From assembly GCA_046309775.1 (NCBI GenBank), contig JBKCOM010000187.1:22841-86840 (forward strand): a DNA stretch of 64,000 nucleotides, given 5' to 3'. A program made the position numbers and the translations under genes. The stretch is from Flavobacteriales bacterium (GTDB taxonomy: Bacteria > Bacteroidota > Bacteroidia > Flavobacteriales_D > Sanyastnellaceae). Positions 48,401 through 57,149 of this stretch are shown here, one piece after another. Position 1 is the first letter of the stretch; every line of letters starts with the position of its first letter. Below the pieces are notes generated by a model. The model saw only the letters and a list, made by a program, of their open reading frames with translations, did no database searches and was not told the origin of the DNA.

Positions 48401-49615
48401 ATGAATAAAAATAACCCACGAGCTGGACAAGTTTCAAGTCTGCTCGCTCAGATTACAGAATCAGCTACGCTTGCGATGGCTCGAATGACGCGCGAATTGG
48501 CGCAACAAGGTCATAAAGTAGTTGGACTTTCACTTGGTGAACCAGATTTTGATACACCAGATTTTATCAAGGATGCAGCCAAGGCCGCTATTGATAACAA
48601 TATCACACACTATCCACCCGTAAATGGTTTTTTGGACGTACGCGAAGCGATTTGTCGCAAATTCAAACGCGACAATGGACTGACTTACACCGCAGACCAA
48701 ATCGTCATTTCAACTGGCGCTAAGCAGGCTATCGCAAATGCAATTCTGGCGCTTGTAGAGGAAGGTGATGAGGTGATCATGCCTAGCCCATTTTGGGTGA
48801 GCTACGCTGAAATCGTGAAAATCGCGGGTGGCACTCCAATCGAACTTTTGGCAAAAGTGGAGAATGATTTTAAAATCACACCGGAACAATTGCGCGGAGC
48901 GATCAACGAAAAAACGCGTCTGATTATTTATTCCTCTCCATGCAATCCGACAGGAACAGTATATTCAAAATCCGAACTGGAGGCATTTGCTGATATCATT
49001 GAGCAATGGGATGGGTTGTATGTGATCTCTGATGAGATTTATGAGTTGATAAACTTCTCCGGCAAGACCCATAGCATTGCTGCTATCGGCAATATGATCG
49101 AACGCACCATTACTGTAAATGGTGTTTCTAAGGCCTTTGCAATGACGGGTTGGAGAATCGGGTACATCGGCGCTCCAAAGTGGATTGCTGAAGCTTGTAC
49201 GAAGATGCAAGGTCAAATCACATCTGGACCAAATACTATTGCCCAGATGGCTGCCAAAGCCGCTGTGGATGCCGATCCTGATCATGTGAGCTATATGATT
49301 GATGTCTTCAAAAAGAGAAGAGATCTTGTGTATCAATTGCTCTCAGAAATTCCAAATATTAAAATCAATCAACCAGAAGGTGCATTTTATTTCTTCCCCG
49401 ATGTCTCTGCTTATTTTGGTAAAAAAGACGGAGATACTGTGATAAAAAATGCCACAGATCTCAGCATGTATATGCTGCGCAAGGAACTTGTGGCCGTTGT
49501 CACAGGAGAGGCATTTGGAGATGAGAATTGCATCCGAATAAGCTACGCCGCTTCGGAGGAAACCTTGATTGAAGCAATAAAGAGAATTAAAAACGCACTT
49601 GCTGCATTACAATAG
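48401..49615 (+). CDS. Pyridoxal-phosphate-dependent aminotransferase (aspartate aminotransferase class I)
   Basis: 404-aa ORF with GEPDFDTP, NPTG and the PLP-lysine motif SKAFAMTGWRIGY. Confidence 0.9.
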   Translation: MNKNNPRAGQVSSLLAQITESATLAMARMTRELAQQGHKVVGLSLGEPDFDTPDFIKDAAKAAIDNNITHYPPVNGFLDVREAICRKFKRDNGLTYTADQIVISTGAKQAIANAILALVEEGDEVIMPSPFWVSYAEIVKIAGGTPIELLAKVENDFKITPEQLRGAINEKTRLIIYSSPCNPTGTVYSKSELEAFADIIEQWDGLYVISDEIYELINFSGKTHSIAAIGNMIERTITVNGVSKAFAMTGWRIGYIGAPKWIAEACTKMQGQITSGPNTIAQMAAKAAVDADPDHVSYMIDVFKKRRDLVYQLLSEIPNIKINQPEGAFYFFPDVSAYFGKKDGDTVIKNATDLSMYMLRKELVAVVTGEAFGDENCIRISYAASEETLIEAIKRIKNALAALQ

Positions 49616-49634
49616 AGTTTTTTTATTTTAAAAA

Positions 49635-50630
49635 ATGAATACAGAACAACTGAACGGGCTTTTTCAAAACTTCAATAATCTCACAGTACTCATTGTGGGG
49701 GATGTGATGATTGATGCATATTATTGGGGAAAAGTGGATCGCATTTCTCCCGAAGCACCAGTGCCTGTGGTACAAGTGCAGCGCAAGGAAAATCGACTCG
49801 GCGGTGCCGCAAACGTGGCGCTCAATGTGAAAAGCCTCGGCGCAAAAGCCATCATGTGTTCAGTTGTTGGCGATGGCTCAAAGGGAGATGTGTTTAGAAA
49901 AACATGCAAGGAAAGTGGTTTCTCCACCGAAGGTATAATCGATAGCACCGAGCGCATGACCACGGTAAAAACGCGTGTAATGTCAGGAGCGCATCATATA
50001 GTTCGTATCGACGATGAGATTACCAAGCCATTGTCTCCAACGGATGAAAGAAATCTTCTCAACTGTATTGAGCAAATTTTTAATCGTCAAAAAGTAGACG
50101 TTGTAATTTTTGAAGATTACAATAAAGGTGTCCTGACAGAGAAAGTAATTACAACAGTGCTTAGCTGGGCTGCCGCAAAGAATATCCCAACGGCTGTCGA
50201 TCCGAAGAAGGATAACTTTTTTGGTTATAAAGGATGTACACTTTTCAAACCTAATTTGAAGGAATTAAAAGAAGGTTTGGGTGTTGAATTCGATAAGAAT
50301 GATTTTGATAGCCTCAAGAAAAATATGCTTGAACTGCAAAATAAAATGCAATCGAAAAATATTCTCGTTACGCTTTCCGAATTGGGAGCTATGTCTTTGT
50401 ATGAAGGACTTTTTTATCATGAAAAAGCACACGAGCGTGAAATCAATGATGTGTCGGGTGCGGGAGATACAGTGATCAGTGTCGCTGCTCTGGCTCTGGC
50501 CTCTGGCTTCAATGCAGAAGATAGTATGAAGCTTGCTAACCTCGCTGGCGGATTGGTATGCGAGAAAATTGGAGTTGTTCCCGTTGATAAGTCACGCCTT
50601 CTCGATGAGGCGATAAAGCATTTGAATTAA
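49635..50630 (+). CDS. PfkB-family sugar kinase (RfaE domain I-like heptose-phosphate kinase)
   Basis: 331-aa ORF with VGDVMIDAYYWG, RLGGAANVA and the C-terminal GAGD anion-hole motif (VSGAGDTV). Confidence 0.75.
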   Translation: MNTEQLNGLFQNFNNLTVLIVGDVMIDAYYWGKVDRISPEAPVPVVQVQRKENRLGGAANVALNVKSLGAKAIMCSVVGDGSKGDVFRKTCKESGFSTEGIIDSTERMTTVKTRVMSGAHHIVRIDDEITKPLSPTDERNLLNCIEQIFNRQKVDVVIFEDYNKGVLTEKVITTVLSWAAAKNIPTAVDPKKDNFFGYKGCTLFKPNLKELKEGLGVEFDKNDFDSLKKNMLELQNKMQSKNILVTLSELGAMSLYEGLFYHEKAHEREINDVSGAGDTVISVAALALASGFNAEDSMKLANLAGGLVCEKIGVVPVDKSRLLDEAIKHLN

Positions 50631-50631
50631 A

Positions 50632-52455
50632 ATGGCTTGGTCACAATTTAGAGAACGGGCAAATCTCTTTTTATTTAAAAATAAAGAGAGTGTGCTGGGC
50701 GCCTTCAAGGCAGTCAATATCGTTGTGACCTTATTGGCCATCGGAACCATGATTTGGATTTATGGCTTCAAGCTGAATGAAAATGAAAACAAACTTGCAC
50801 TCTTGATTATCAAAGGGTCATTTTCATTCTATATCATACATTATCTGGCCAGAATCATCTATGATTTTCATCCTTTAGAATTCATTCGGTCCACGTGGTT
50901 TGAGGCTACAATGGTGATTCTTCTTATTATAGAAGGTTTTAGTTATTCCGTTTTTGATACACTACTTATCGAGACCATCTTCGCTAATTTAGGATTCGCG
51001 GGATTCAGAGATATCAGTACAGTCATCATCCAGATTTACTTTCTTGTAGTCGTAATCACCGAATTTTTGCGCAATAGCGACTTTCTTCCTCGTATTCGTT
51101 TGAATCCTGCTGTTGTATTCGTCTTGTCTTTTGTATTTATCATAATGGGGGGGACATTTCTTTTAATGCTCCCTGAAATGACCACCAAAGGCATAAACTT
51201 CGTGGATGCACTATTCACTGCCACGAGTGCTACTTGCGTAACCGGTTTAATGACCTTGGATCCACACACAGCTTTTACATTCAAAGGCCAATTTGTGATT
51301 TTGATGCTTATCAAATTAGGCGGCTTGAACATCATCGCTTTTGGTGGATTCCTTTCATTGATGAGCAAAGTGGGTGTGGGTATTCGACATCACCAAGTAA
51401 TCGAAGGGTTTGTAGCTCGAAACAATATTCTTTCAGCCTCTGGAATGCTCGGAAAGGTGATCTTATGGACGATTGTGATTGAAGGCTTGGGAGCAGTTGC
51501 GCTCTATCAATTGTGGAACCCCGAGATCGCTTGGTATGACAATGGAGAAAAATTATTCTATTCTATTTTTCACAGTGTAAGCGCCTTTAATAATGCGGGT
51601 ATTAGTCTTTTCACAAATGGACTCACCAACGAAATGGTGTCAAACAACTATCTTGTGCACTGGGTCATCATTATTCAAATTTTCCTTGGTGGCTTGGGGA
51701 TATTAGCACTGTTTGATTTGTTTGAACCCTCACGACTCCGAGACCGCCTCAAGAATCCTTGGAAGCAAATTGATTTTTCTACAAAAATATCTCTATACTT
51801 TTCGATCGGACTTGTATTAATTGGAGCCGTTTTGATCTATGCTTTTGAAAGCGAAAAGTCTTTGAGTGAGCACAGCTTATTTGGCAAAATTACGGGCGCC
51901 GTATTTCAATCAGTGACGCCACGCACTGCTGGTTATAATACCGTTGACTTTGGCGTATTAAGCGTTCCGTCTGTTATGCTCATTATCGCTCTGATGTATA
52001 TCGGAGCGGGCAGTACTTCTACCGGTGGTGGTATTAAGACCAGTAGTCTCGCCATTATCATTGCAGATATCAAAGCCGTAATGACTGGTCAAGATAGGGC
52101 GGTGCTTTTTAAGCGCACTATCGGACCTGCGCTCAAAAGCAGCGCTTACAGTATTGCCATTATCTATATTGTAATGAACTTCATTGGTGTCCTATTGTTG
52201 AGCATATCTGAATGGCAGTTGCTGCTTATGCCTCAATTCAATGTTGCTGATCTGGTTTTTGAACAAGTGTCGGCCTTCAGCACTGTAGGTTTGAGTAGAA
52301 ATCTGACAGCTTATCTTTCCGAAACAGGGCGTTACATCATCATCGCTTCAATGTTTGTTGGGAGGGTAGGTACATTCACTATTGCCTTTGCACTAGCGGG
52401 CAAATTTGTTTTACATAAATTCAAATACCCCGAGGCAGATACCATCGTGGGCTAA
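50632..52455 (+). CDS. TrkH/KtrB-family cation (K+) transporter with extra N-terminal membrane domain
   Basis: 607-aa ORF. The body contains TrkH-type pore-loop segments (TATSATCVTGL, SAFNNAGIS, TPRTAGYNTV, GAGSTSTGGGIKT). About 150 aa with about 4 additional hydrophobic helices precede the canonical core. Confidence 0.8.
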   Translation: MAWSQFRERANLFLFKNKESVLGAFKAVNIVVTLLAIGTMIWIYGFKLNENENKLALLIIKGSFSFYIIHYLARIIYDFHPLEFIRSTWFEATMVILLIIEGFSYSVFDTLLIETIFANLGFAGFRDISTVIIQIYFLVVVITEFLRNSDFLPRIRLNPAVVFVLSFVFIIMGGTFLLMLPEMTTKGINFVDALFTATSATCVTGLMTLDPHTAFTFKGQFVILMLIKLGGLNIIAFGGFLSLMSKVGVGIRHHQVIEGFVARNNILSASGMLGKVILWTIVIEGLGAVALYQLWNPEIAWYDNGEKLFYSIFHSVSAFNNAGISLFTNGLTNEMVSNNYLVHWVIIIQIFLGGLGILALFDLFEPSRLRDRLKNPWKQIDFSTKISLYFSIGLVLIGAVLIYAFESEKSLSEHSLFGKITGAVFQSVTPRTAGYNTVDFGVLSVPSVMLIIALMYIGAGSTSTGGGIKTSSLAIIIADIKAVMTGQDRAVLFKRTIGPALKSSAYSIAIIYIVMNFIGVLLLSISEWQLLLMPQFNVADLVFEQVSAFSTVGLSRNLTAYLSETGRYIIIASMFVGRVGTFTIAFALAGKFVLHKFKYPEADTIVG

Positions 52456-52467
52456 ATTTTAAAGTTA

Positions 52468-53202
52468 ATGGGCACTACCGTAAAGCCATACAATGCAGGG
52501 GGGAAAAAAGAAGAAGTAGAGCAGATGTTCGACAACATTGCTCACAGTTATGACTTTCTTAATCACGCCTTCTCATTCGGAATTGATATTTTGTGGAGAA
52601 AGAAGGCTATTAAAATTCTGAAAAAAGAAAATCCGAAATTGGTGCTGGATGTGGCGACAGGTACCGCAGATTTTGCACTCGAGGCCGTGCGTATGGATCT
52701 CAACGCCGACCAGATTATAGGAGTGGATATCAGTGAGGGAATGCTTGAGGTAGGAAGAAAAAAAATTGCAGATAAAGGCTGGCAACAAAAAGTTGTTTTG
52801 AAGCGTGGAGATTCAGAAAACCTTCCTTTTGATTCGGACTCATTTGATGCATATACAGTGGCTTTTGGTGTTAGAAATTTCGAAAACCTCGAAAAAGGAC
52901 TGTCCGAAATGAACCGAGTATTGAGACCGGGGGCGTTGGGAATCGTTCTTGAATTTTCAAAGCCGAAGAATTTTCCTGTCAAACAGCTTTTCAATTTTTA
53001 TTTTAAATATATCATGCCTGTCATTGGTAAGTTGATTTCAAAGGATAAAAGAGCCTATGAGTATTTACCCGAAAGTGTACAGGCCTTCCCAAGTGGAAAA
53101 GACTTCGAAAACATAATGATAAAGACAGGTTATGTTGACACGAAAGTGATACCTTTATCGGGTGGCATTGCGAGCATTTATCTCGGACGTAAACCTCGAT
53201 GA
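52468..53202 (+). CDS. ubiE: Demethylmenaquinone / ubiquinone C-methyltransferase
   Basis: 244-aa ORF with YDFLNHAFSFGIDILWRK and the SAM motif VLDVATGTAD. Confidence 0.9.
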   Translation: MGTTVKPYNAGGKKEEVEQMFDNIAHSYDFLNHAFSFGIDILWRKKAIKILKKENPKLVLDVATGTADFALEAVRMDLNADQIIGVDISEGMLEVGRKKIADKGWQQKVVLKRGDSENLPFDSDSFDAYTVAFGVRNFENLEKGLSEMNRVLRPGALGIVLEFSKPKNFPVKQLFNFYFKYIMPVIGKLISKDKRAYEYLPESVQAFPSGKDFENIMIKTGYVDTKVIPLSGGIASIYLGRKPR

Positions 53203-54479
53203 AGAAAGAAGTATATCCAAGCATCCTCAAAGGAAGCATCGCCGCTCCAGGCAGCAAGAGTATTGCACAAAGGTTCATCGCTGCGGCGTTGCTCGCACCG
53301 GGTGAAAGTGAAATAAAAAATTATCCTGATAGTACCGATTGTGTAGCTGCTTTAAATGTAGCACAGACGTTAGGTGCTGTAATTGTTAAGACAGGATCGG
53401 ATATACGCATCAAAGGAGGTTTTCCAAATAATGATGAAAGCGGAATTCGCATTGCGAAAAATCAAATTCTCTGCGGAGAATCTGGCTTGGCTTCGCGCAT
53501 GTTTACTCCCATCGCTGCCTTGGCGGATGAAGCGATAGAAGTACGAGGCGAGGGAAGTCTACTTACCAGGCCTTTCACAGAATTTGATCATGTCATTCCT
53601 GCACTTGGCGCCAAGTGTAAAACTTCGTCAGGCCGCTTGCCTGTGAGTGTTCAGGGGCCGTTATCCGGCGGAAAAGCGACACTCGATGGCTCCATTTCAT
53701 CACAGTTTTTGACTGGATTATTGTTGGCACTTCCTACTGCAAAGCAGGATAGTGAACTTATTGTAAAATCGCTTACAAGTATACCCTACGTCCAAATGAC
53801 GATGGAGGTGGCTGCAATGGCGGGTGTTGAAATTACAACTTCCGACTATGAGCGTTTTATTATCAAAGGAAATCAAGTTTATAAACCTATAAATACTACT
53901 GTTCCCGGTGATTGGAGCGGTGCGGCCTTTCTCATTGCGGCAGCAGCTATTGCAGCCGAAGAAGGTGTGGAGGTCACCAACCTTTCTAATGTCATCACTC
54001 AGGCCGATAGCAGAATTGTAGAAGTTTTGCGCCTGAGTGGGGTAGAACATGTGGCTTATTCCGACCGCGTTTTTGTAAAACAAAGCGAGATAAATGCTTT
54101 TCAATTTGATGCTACAAATTGTCCGGATTTAGTTCCTCCAATTGTTGCGCTCGCCGCTTACGGCAATGGCGTGAGCACCATAAAAGGCGCAAAACGATTG
54201 CTTCATAAAGAAAGCAACCGTGCGAAGGCATTGCAAGATGAATTTACCAAAGCAAATATTAGAGTAGTAGTGAGAGAAGATGAATTGATGGTTTACCCTT
54301 CATACGTGCGTCCCGCTACTATCAATTCTCATAATGATCATCGCATCGCAATGGCGGCAGCGCTTTTAGGGTTAGGTGGTGACAAAATCACCATTCAAGG
54401 AGCGGAATCTGTGAATAAATCTTTTCCTGCTTTCTTTGAGGCGGTTGCTTCCCTTGGAGGAAAAGTATATTCAAAATAA
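53199..54479 (+). CDS. aroA: 3-phosphoshikimate 1-carboxyvinyltransferase
   Basis: 426-aa ORF with PGSKSIAQR, an RPF segment and a HNDHRIAMA motif. It overlaps the ubiE stop by 4 nt. Confidence 0.9.
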   Translation: MKKEVYPSILKGSIAAPGSKSIAQRFIAAALLAPGESEIKNYPDSTDCVAALNVAQTLGAVIVKTGSDIRIKGGFPNNDESGIRIAKNQILCGESGLASRMFTPIAALADEAIEVRGEGSLLTRPFTEFDHVIPALGAKCKTSSGRLPVSVQGPLSGGKATLDGSISSQFLTGLLLALPTAKQDSELIVKSLTSIPYVQMTMEVAAMAGVEITTSDYERFIIKGNQVYKPINTTVPGDWSGAAFLIAAAAIAAEEGVEVTNLSNVITQADSRIVEVLRLSGVEHVAYSDRVFVKQSEINAFQFDATNCPDLVPPIVALAAYGNGVSTIKGAKRLLHKESNRAKALQDEFTKANIRVVVREDELMVYPSYVRPATINSHNDHRIAMAAALLGLGGDKITIQGAESVNKSFPAFFEAVASLGGKVYSK

Positions 54480-54509
54480 TAATTCCAACCTCTTGTTTAT
54501 ATTCGCCAT

Positions 54510-55535
54510 ATGAAATTTTCAGCACTACAAATAGCTTCCATGTTGAATGGTATCGTGGAAGGTGACAACGATGTGGCGGTTTCTGGCCTCTCAAAAATTG
54601 AAGAAGGAACCCCTGGTACTTTGACTTTTCTCGCCAACCCAAAATATACTTCATTTATATATCAAACCAAGGCTAGTATCGCGATTGTTTCTAAAGACTT
54701 TGTAGCAGAAGAGACTTTACCGAATACCTTGACCATCATTCGCGTTGACGATGCTTATGCGAGCTTCGCTAAATTATTGGAGGCATACAATCAACTCACA
54801 AAGCCAAAGCCAAGCATTCACGCAAGCGCAGTGATTGCAGACTCAGCAACTATTGGCAAAGACGTTTATATTGGTGCATTCGTTTACATAGGCGAAAACA
54901 CGAATATAGGCGATGGCGCTGCCATTCACGCAGGTACCATCATCGGCGATAAGGTCTCCGTTGGAAATAATTCAACCATTAACGCTGGAGTTAAAATCTA
55001 CGCTGATTGTCAAATTGGTAATCATTGTACACTCCACGCAGGTGTTGTGATTGGCGGTGATGGTTTTGGATTCGCTCCCAATTCTGAAAATAATTACGCA
55101 AAAGTTCCGCAGATCGGAAATGTCATTATTGAAGATCATGTGGAGGTGGGCGCTAACTCCACCATTGATAGGGCTACTCTTGGATCTACAATCATTCGAA
55201 AGGGTGTCAAAATAGACAACCTCATTCAAATTGCTCATAATGTCGAAATAGGTGAAAATACTGTAATTGCGGCACAAACAGGTATTGCGGGTAGCACCAA
55301 AATCGGGAAAAACTGCATGATCGGAGGTCAGGTTGGAATCGTAGGTCACATCAATATTGCCGATGGAACAAAGATTGCCGCGCAAAGTGGCGTAGGGAGC
55401 GATATCAAAGAACCCAATACCATTATTCAAGGGTCGCCAGCATTTTCAATTATGGACTATAAAAAAAGCTATGTCGGCTTCCGAAAGCTGCCTGATTTGA
55501 TGCGTAGAATCGAAGATTTGGAGAAAAAGGACTAA
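54510..55535 (+). CDS. lpxD: UDP-3-O-(3-hydroxyacyl)glucosamine N-acyltransferase
   Basis: 341-aa ORF with an N-terminal uridine-binding domain, long hexapeptide-repeat beta-helix and C-terminal helix. Confidence 0.93.
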   Translation: MKFSALQIASMLNGIVEGDNDVAVSGLSKIEEGTPGTLTFLANPKYTSFIYQTKASIAIVSKDFVAEETLPNTLTIIRVDDAYASFAKLLEAYNQLTKPKPSIHASAVIADSATIGKDVYIGAFVYIGENTNIGDGAAIHAGTIIGDKVSVGNNSTINAGVKIYADCQIGNHCTLHAGVVIGGDGFGFAPNSENNYAKVPQIGNVIIEDHVEVGANSTIDRATLGSTIIRKGVKIDNLIQIAHNVEIGENTVIAAQTGIAGSTKIGKNCMIGGQVGIVGHINIADGTKIAAQSGVGSDIKEPNTIIQGSPAFSIMDYKKSYVGFRKLPDLMRRIEDLEKKD

Positions 55536-56311
55536 AGACTTAGGCGATAATATTCGCGCTCTTTTCTATTATCCCGAAGCAATACCCCAAAATGATAAAA
55601 GTCTAGCGCAAGGTTGAATCGCTCGTCGGCAACACATTCTGCCCATGCCTTTGTCATTTCTTTAGACCAATAAATGTCATCCAAAATCATCCAGCCCTTT
55701 GGAGAAAGTAGGCTCTTACATTTTTCAAAATAATTCATGGTAGGCCCGAAGCGATGATCTCCATCGATGTAGATAAGATCAAACTCTTGATTCAACTGAC
55801 TCAGTTGATTTTCAAATTTTCCAATCTGTATTTGAATAGTGTCGGCACCAAAATGGATAAAGTTCTCTTTTGCAATTTCTGCAATAGCAGGTGCTCCTTC
55901 AATAGTAGTGATTTGAGCATTTTGTCCAGCCGCTGCATGAAGGTAGAGCGTAGTCAGTCCCAAGCTCGTTCCCAATTCTAGAATTCGTTTTGGTTGCAGT
56001 TCAAGAGTTAGCTTAAATAAGGCCTGACTTTGCTTCTTTGGTGCCAACGCAGTTTTTGAAATCTGTGAAACGGATCTGATGGATGTATTGTGAACCCTTG
56101 ACCCAGCGCCGTAATCCTGAACTTCAATTATATGCTGGTCGTTTTCGAGTTTTCTTCGAAGAGCCTCTAATTTCTCAAAGATTCCGAATTCCCGAGACTC
56201 TGAAAGCACTTGATCAGATAGATGATACACAAAAGGAGAATGAACACCGTGCCTCTTTTTAGCAGTGAGAAGGTGCTTCAGATAACAATATGCTTCGTGA
56301 AATCTATCCAT
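55532..56311 (-). CDS. Class I SAM-dependent (O-)methyltransferase
   Basis: SAM-binding ILELGTSLGLTT and a DLIYIDGDH metal/acidic motif typical of the cation-dependent O-methyltransferase family. The start is set at the ATG at 56311 (the ORF track uses TTG at 56323). Confidence 0.75.
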   Translation of the reverse strand: MDRFHEAYCYLKHLLTAKKRHGVHSPFVYHLSDQVLSESREFGIFEKLEALRRKLENDQHIIEVQDYGAGSRVHNTSIRSVSQISKTALAPKKQSQALFKLTLELQPKRILELGTSLGLTTLYLHAAAGQNAQITTIEGAPAIAEIAKENFIHFGADTIQIQIGKFENQLSQLNQEFDLIYIDGDHRFGPTMNYFEKCKSLLSPKGWMILDDIYWSKEMTKAWAECVADERFNLALDFYHFGVLLRDNRKEREYYRLSL

Positions 56312-56344
56312 TTTAGGGTGCAAATATGGCTCTTAACTTTTCAT

Positions 56345-56377
56345 TTTGCAGGATGGCACATTGTTTGGCTATTTTTG
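56345..56377 (+). promoter_or_regulatory. Candidate Bacteroidota sigma-A promoter (TTTG-N21-TATTTTTG)
   Basis: TTTG at 56345-56348 and an exact TAnnTTTG at 56370-56377, 25 nt upstream of the ATG at 56403. Confidence 0.4.
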
Positions 56378-56402
56378 ACCACATTAATTAATCGAATTCA
56401 AA

Positions 56403-56966
56403 ATGAAGAAAATCCTTTTTATCCTATTAGCAGGTCTCCCATTTTTGGGAATGGCGCAAAAGCCAGAATCATCAGATCGTGAAGCACGTGAAAAAGAACT
56501 TCAAGCAAGAGCTGCTCAAAAAGAAGCAATGGGCCGCGGCATGGAAGGCGAATCTTATTTCTGCGAATTAATACTGGCAGATAACGGTATCGGTGGTACA
56601 GTTATCAAATTAGATTTTGGTCAAGAATCAACAAAAGGCATTGAGGATAAAGAACTCATCGTGGCAATGAGCGAGGCACGCGATCAGAAATTTACCAGTG
56701 TTCCTGATGCGATGGCTTACCTCAGCAAAATTGGGTTCAAGTTCGTTACATCATACGTTACTGGCGTACCTGGCAAGGGCGAGACGCATATGGTTTTTGA
56801 AAAGAAGAGTATCAAGCGCGGTGGTCGCCCAAATGAAGGCGGTATGACCAAGCCATCAGAAACAACACCTCCTCCTTCTAAGCCTGCTCCAGCAAAACCT
56901 GTAATTGAAGATAAGAAGCCTGGCGCAAGCCCATCTAAAACAGATGGCAAGTCTGGCAAGAAATAA
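56403..56966 (+). CDS. Secreted hypothetical protein with Pro/Lys-rich C-terminal tail
   Basis: 187-aa ORF with a signal peptide (ILFILLAGLPFLGMAQ). It has a small globular core and a low-complexity tail (TPPPSKPAPAKPVIEDKKPGASPSKTDGKSGKK). A strong terminator follows. Confidence 0.6.
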   Translation: MKKILFILLAGLPFLGMAQKPESSDREAREKELQARAAQKEAMGRGMEGESYFCELILADNGIGGTVIKLDFGQESTKGIEDKELIVAMSEARDQKFTSVPDAMAYLSKIGFKFVTSYVTGVPGKGETHMVFEKKSIKRGGRPNEGGMTKPSETTPPPSKPAPAKPVIEDKKPGASPSKTDGKSGKK

Positions 56967-56988
56967 GCTTGTTGTTCAAGTAAATAGA

Positions 56989-57021
56989 ACCCTGACAATT
57001 TCCATTGTCAGGGTTTTTTTT
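56989..57021 (+). terminator. Rho-independent terminator upstream of the dnaK promoter region
   Basis: 11-bp stem ACCCTGACAAT / ATTGTCAGGGT with a TTCC loop and a T8 tail. Confidence 0.85.
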
Positions 57022-57149
57022 GGTCAAAATTGTCACCTGAAAGGAGGCGGTTCTTCTCAAAAACTGACAAAATTACCCATGTGTCAGTCTTTCCTTCAAT
57101 GGCACTATGCTTGAAGACGGGGTGGAAATTTCGAATTAAATAAATCAAA

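Noticed and set aside
57041-57114. An AAGGAGG Shine-Dalgarno-like sequence and a short ORF (MCQSFLQWHYA, 57079-57114) upstream of dnaK, considered as a leader peptide.
   Set aside because: No start codon lies at a usable distance from the AGGAGG. The 11-codon ORF overlaps the TGGCAC box and has no supporting features. Bacteroidota generally do not use SD-led initiation.
57022-57149. HrcA CIRCE operator upstream of dnaK.
   Set aside because: Reading both strands shows no TTAGCACTC-N9-GAGTGCTAA-like inverted repeat.
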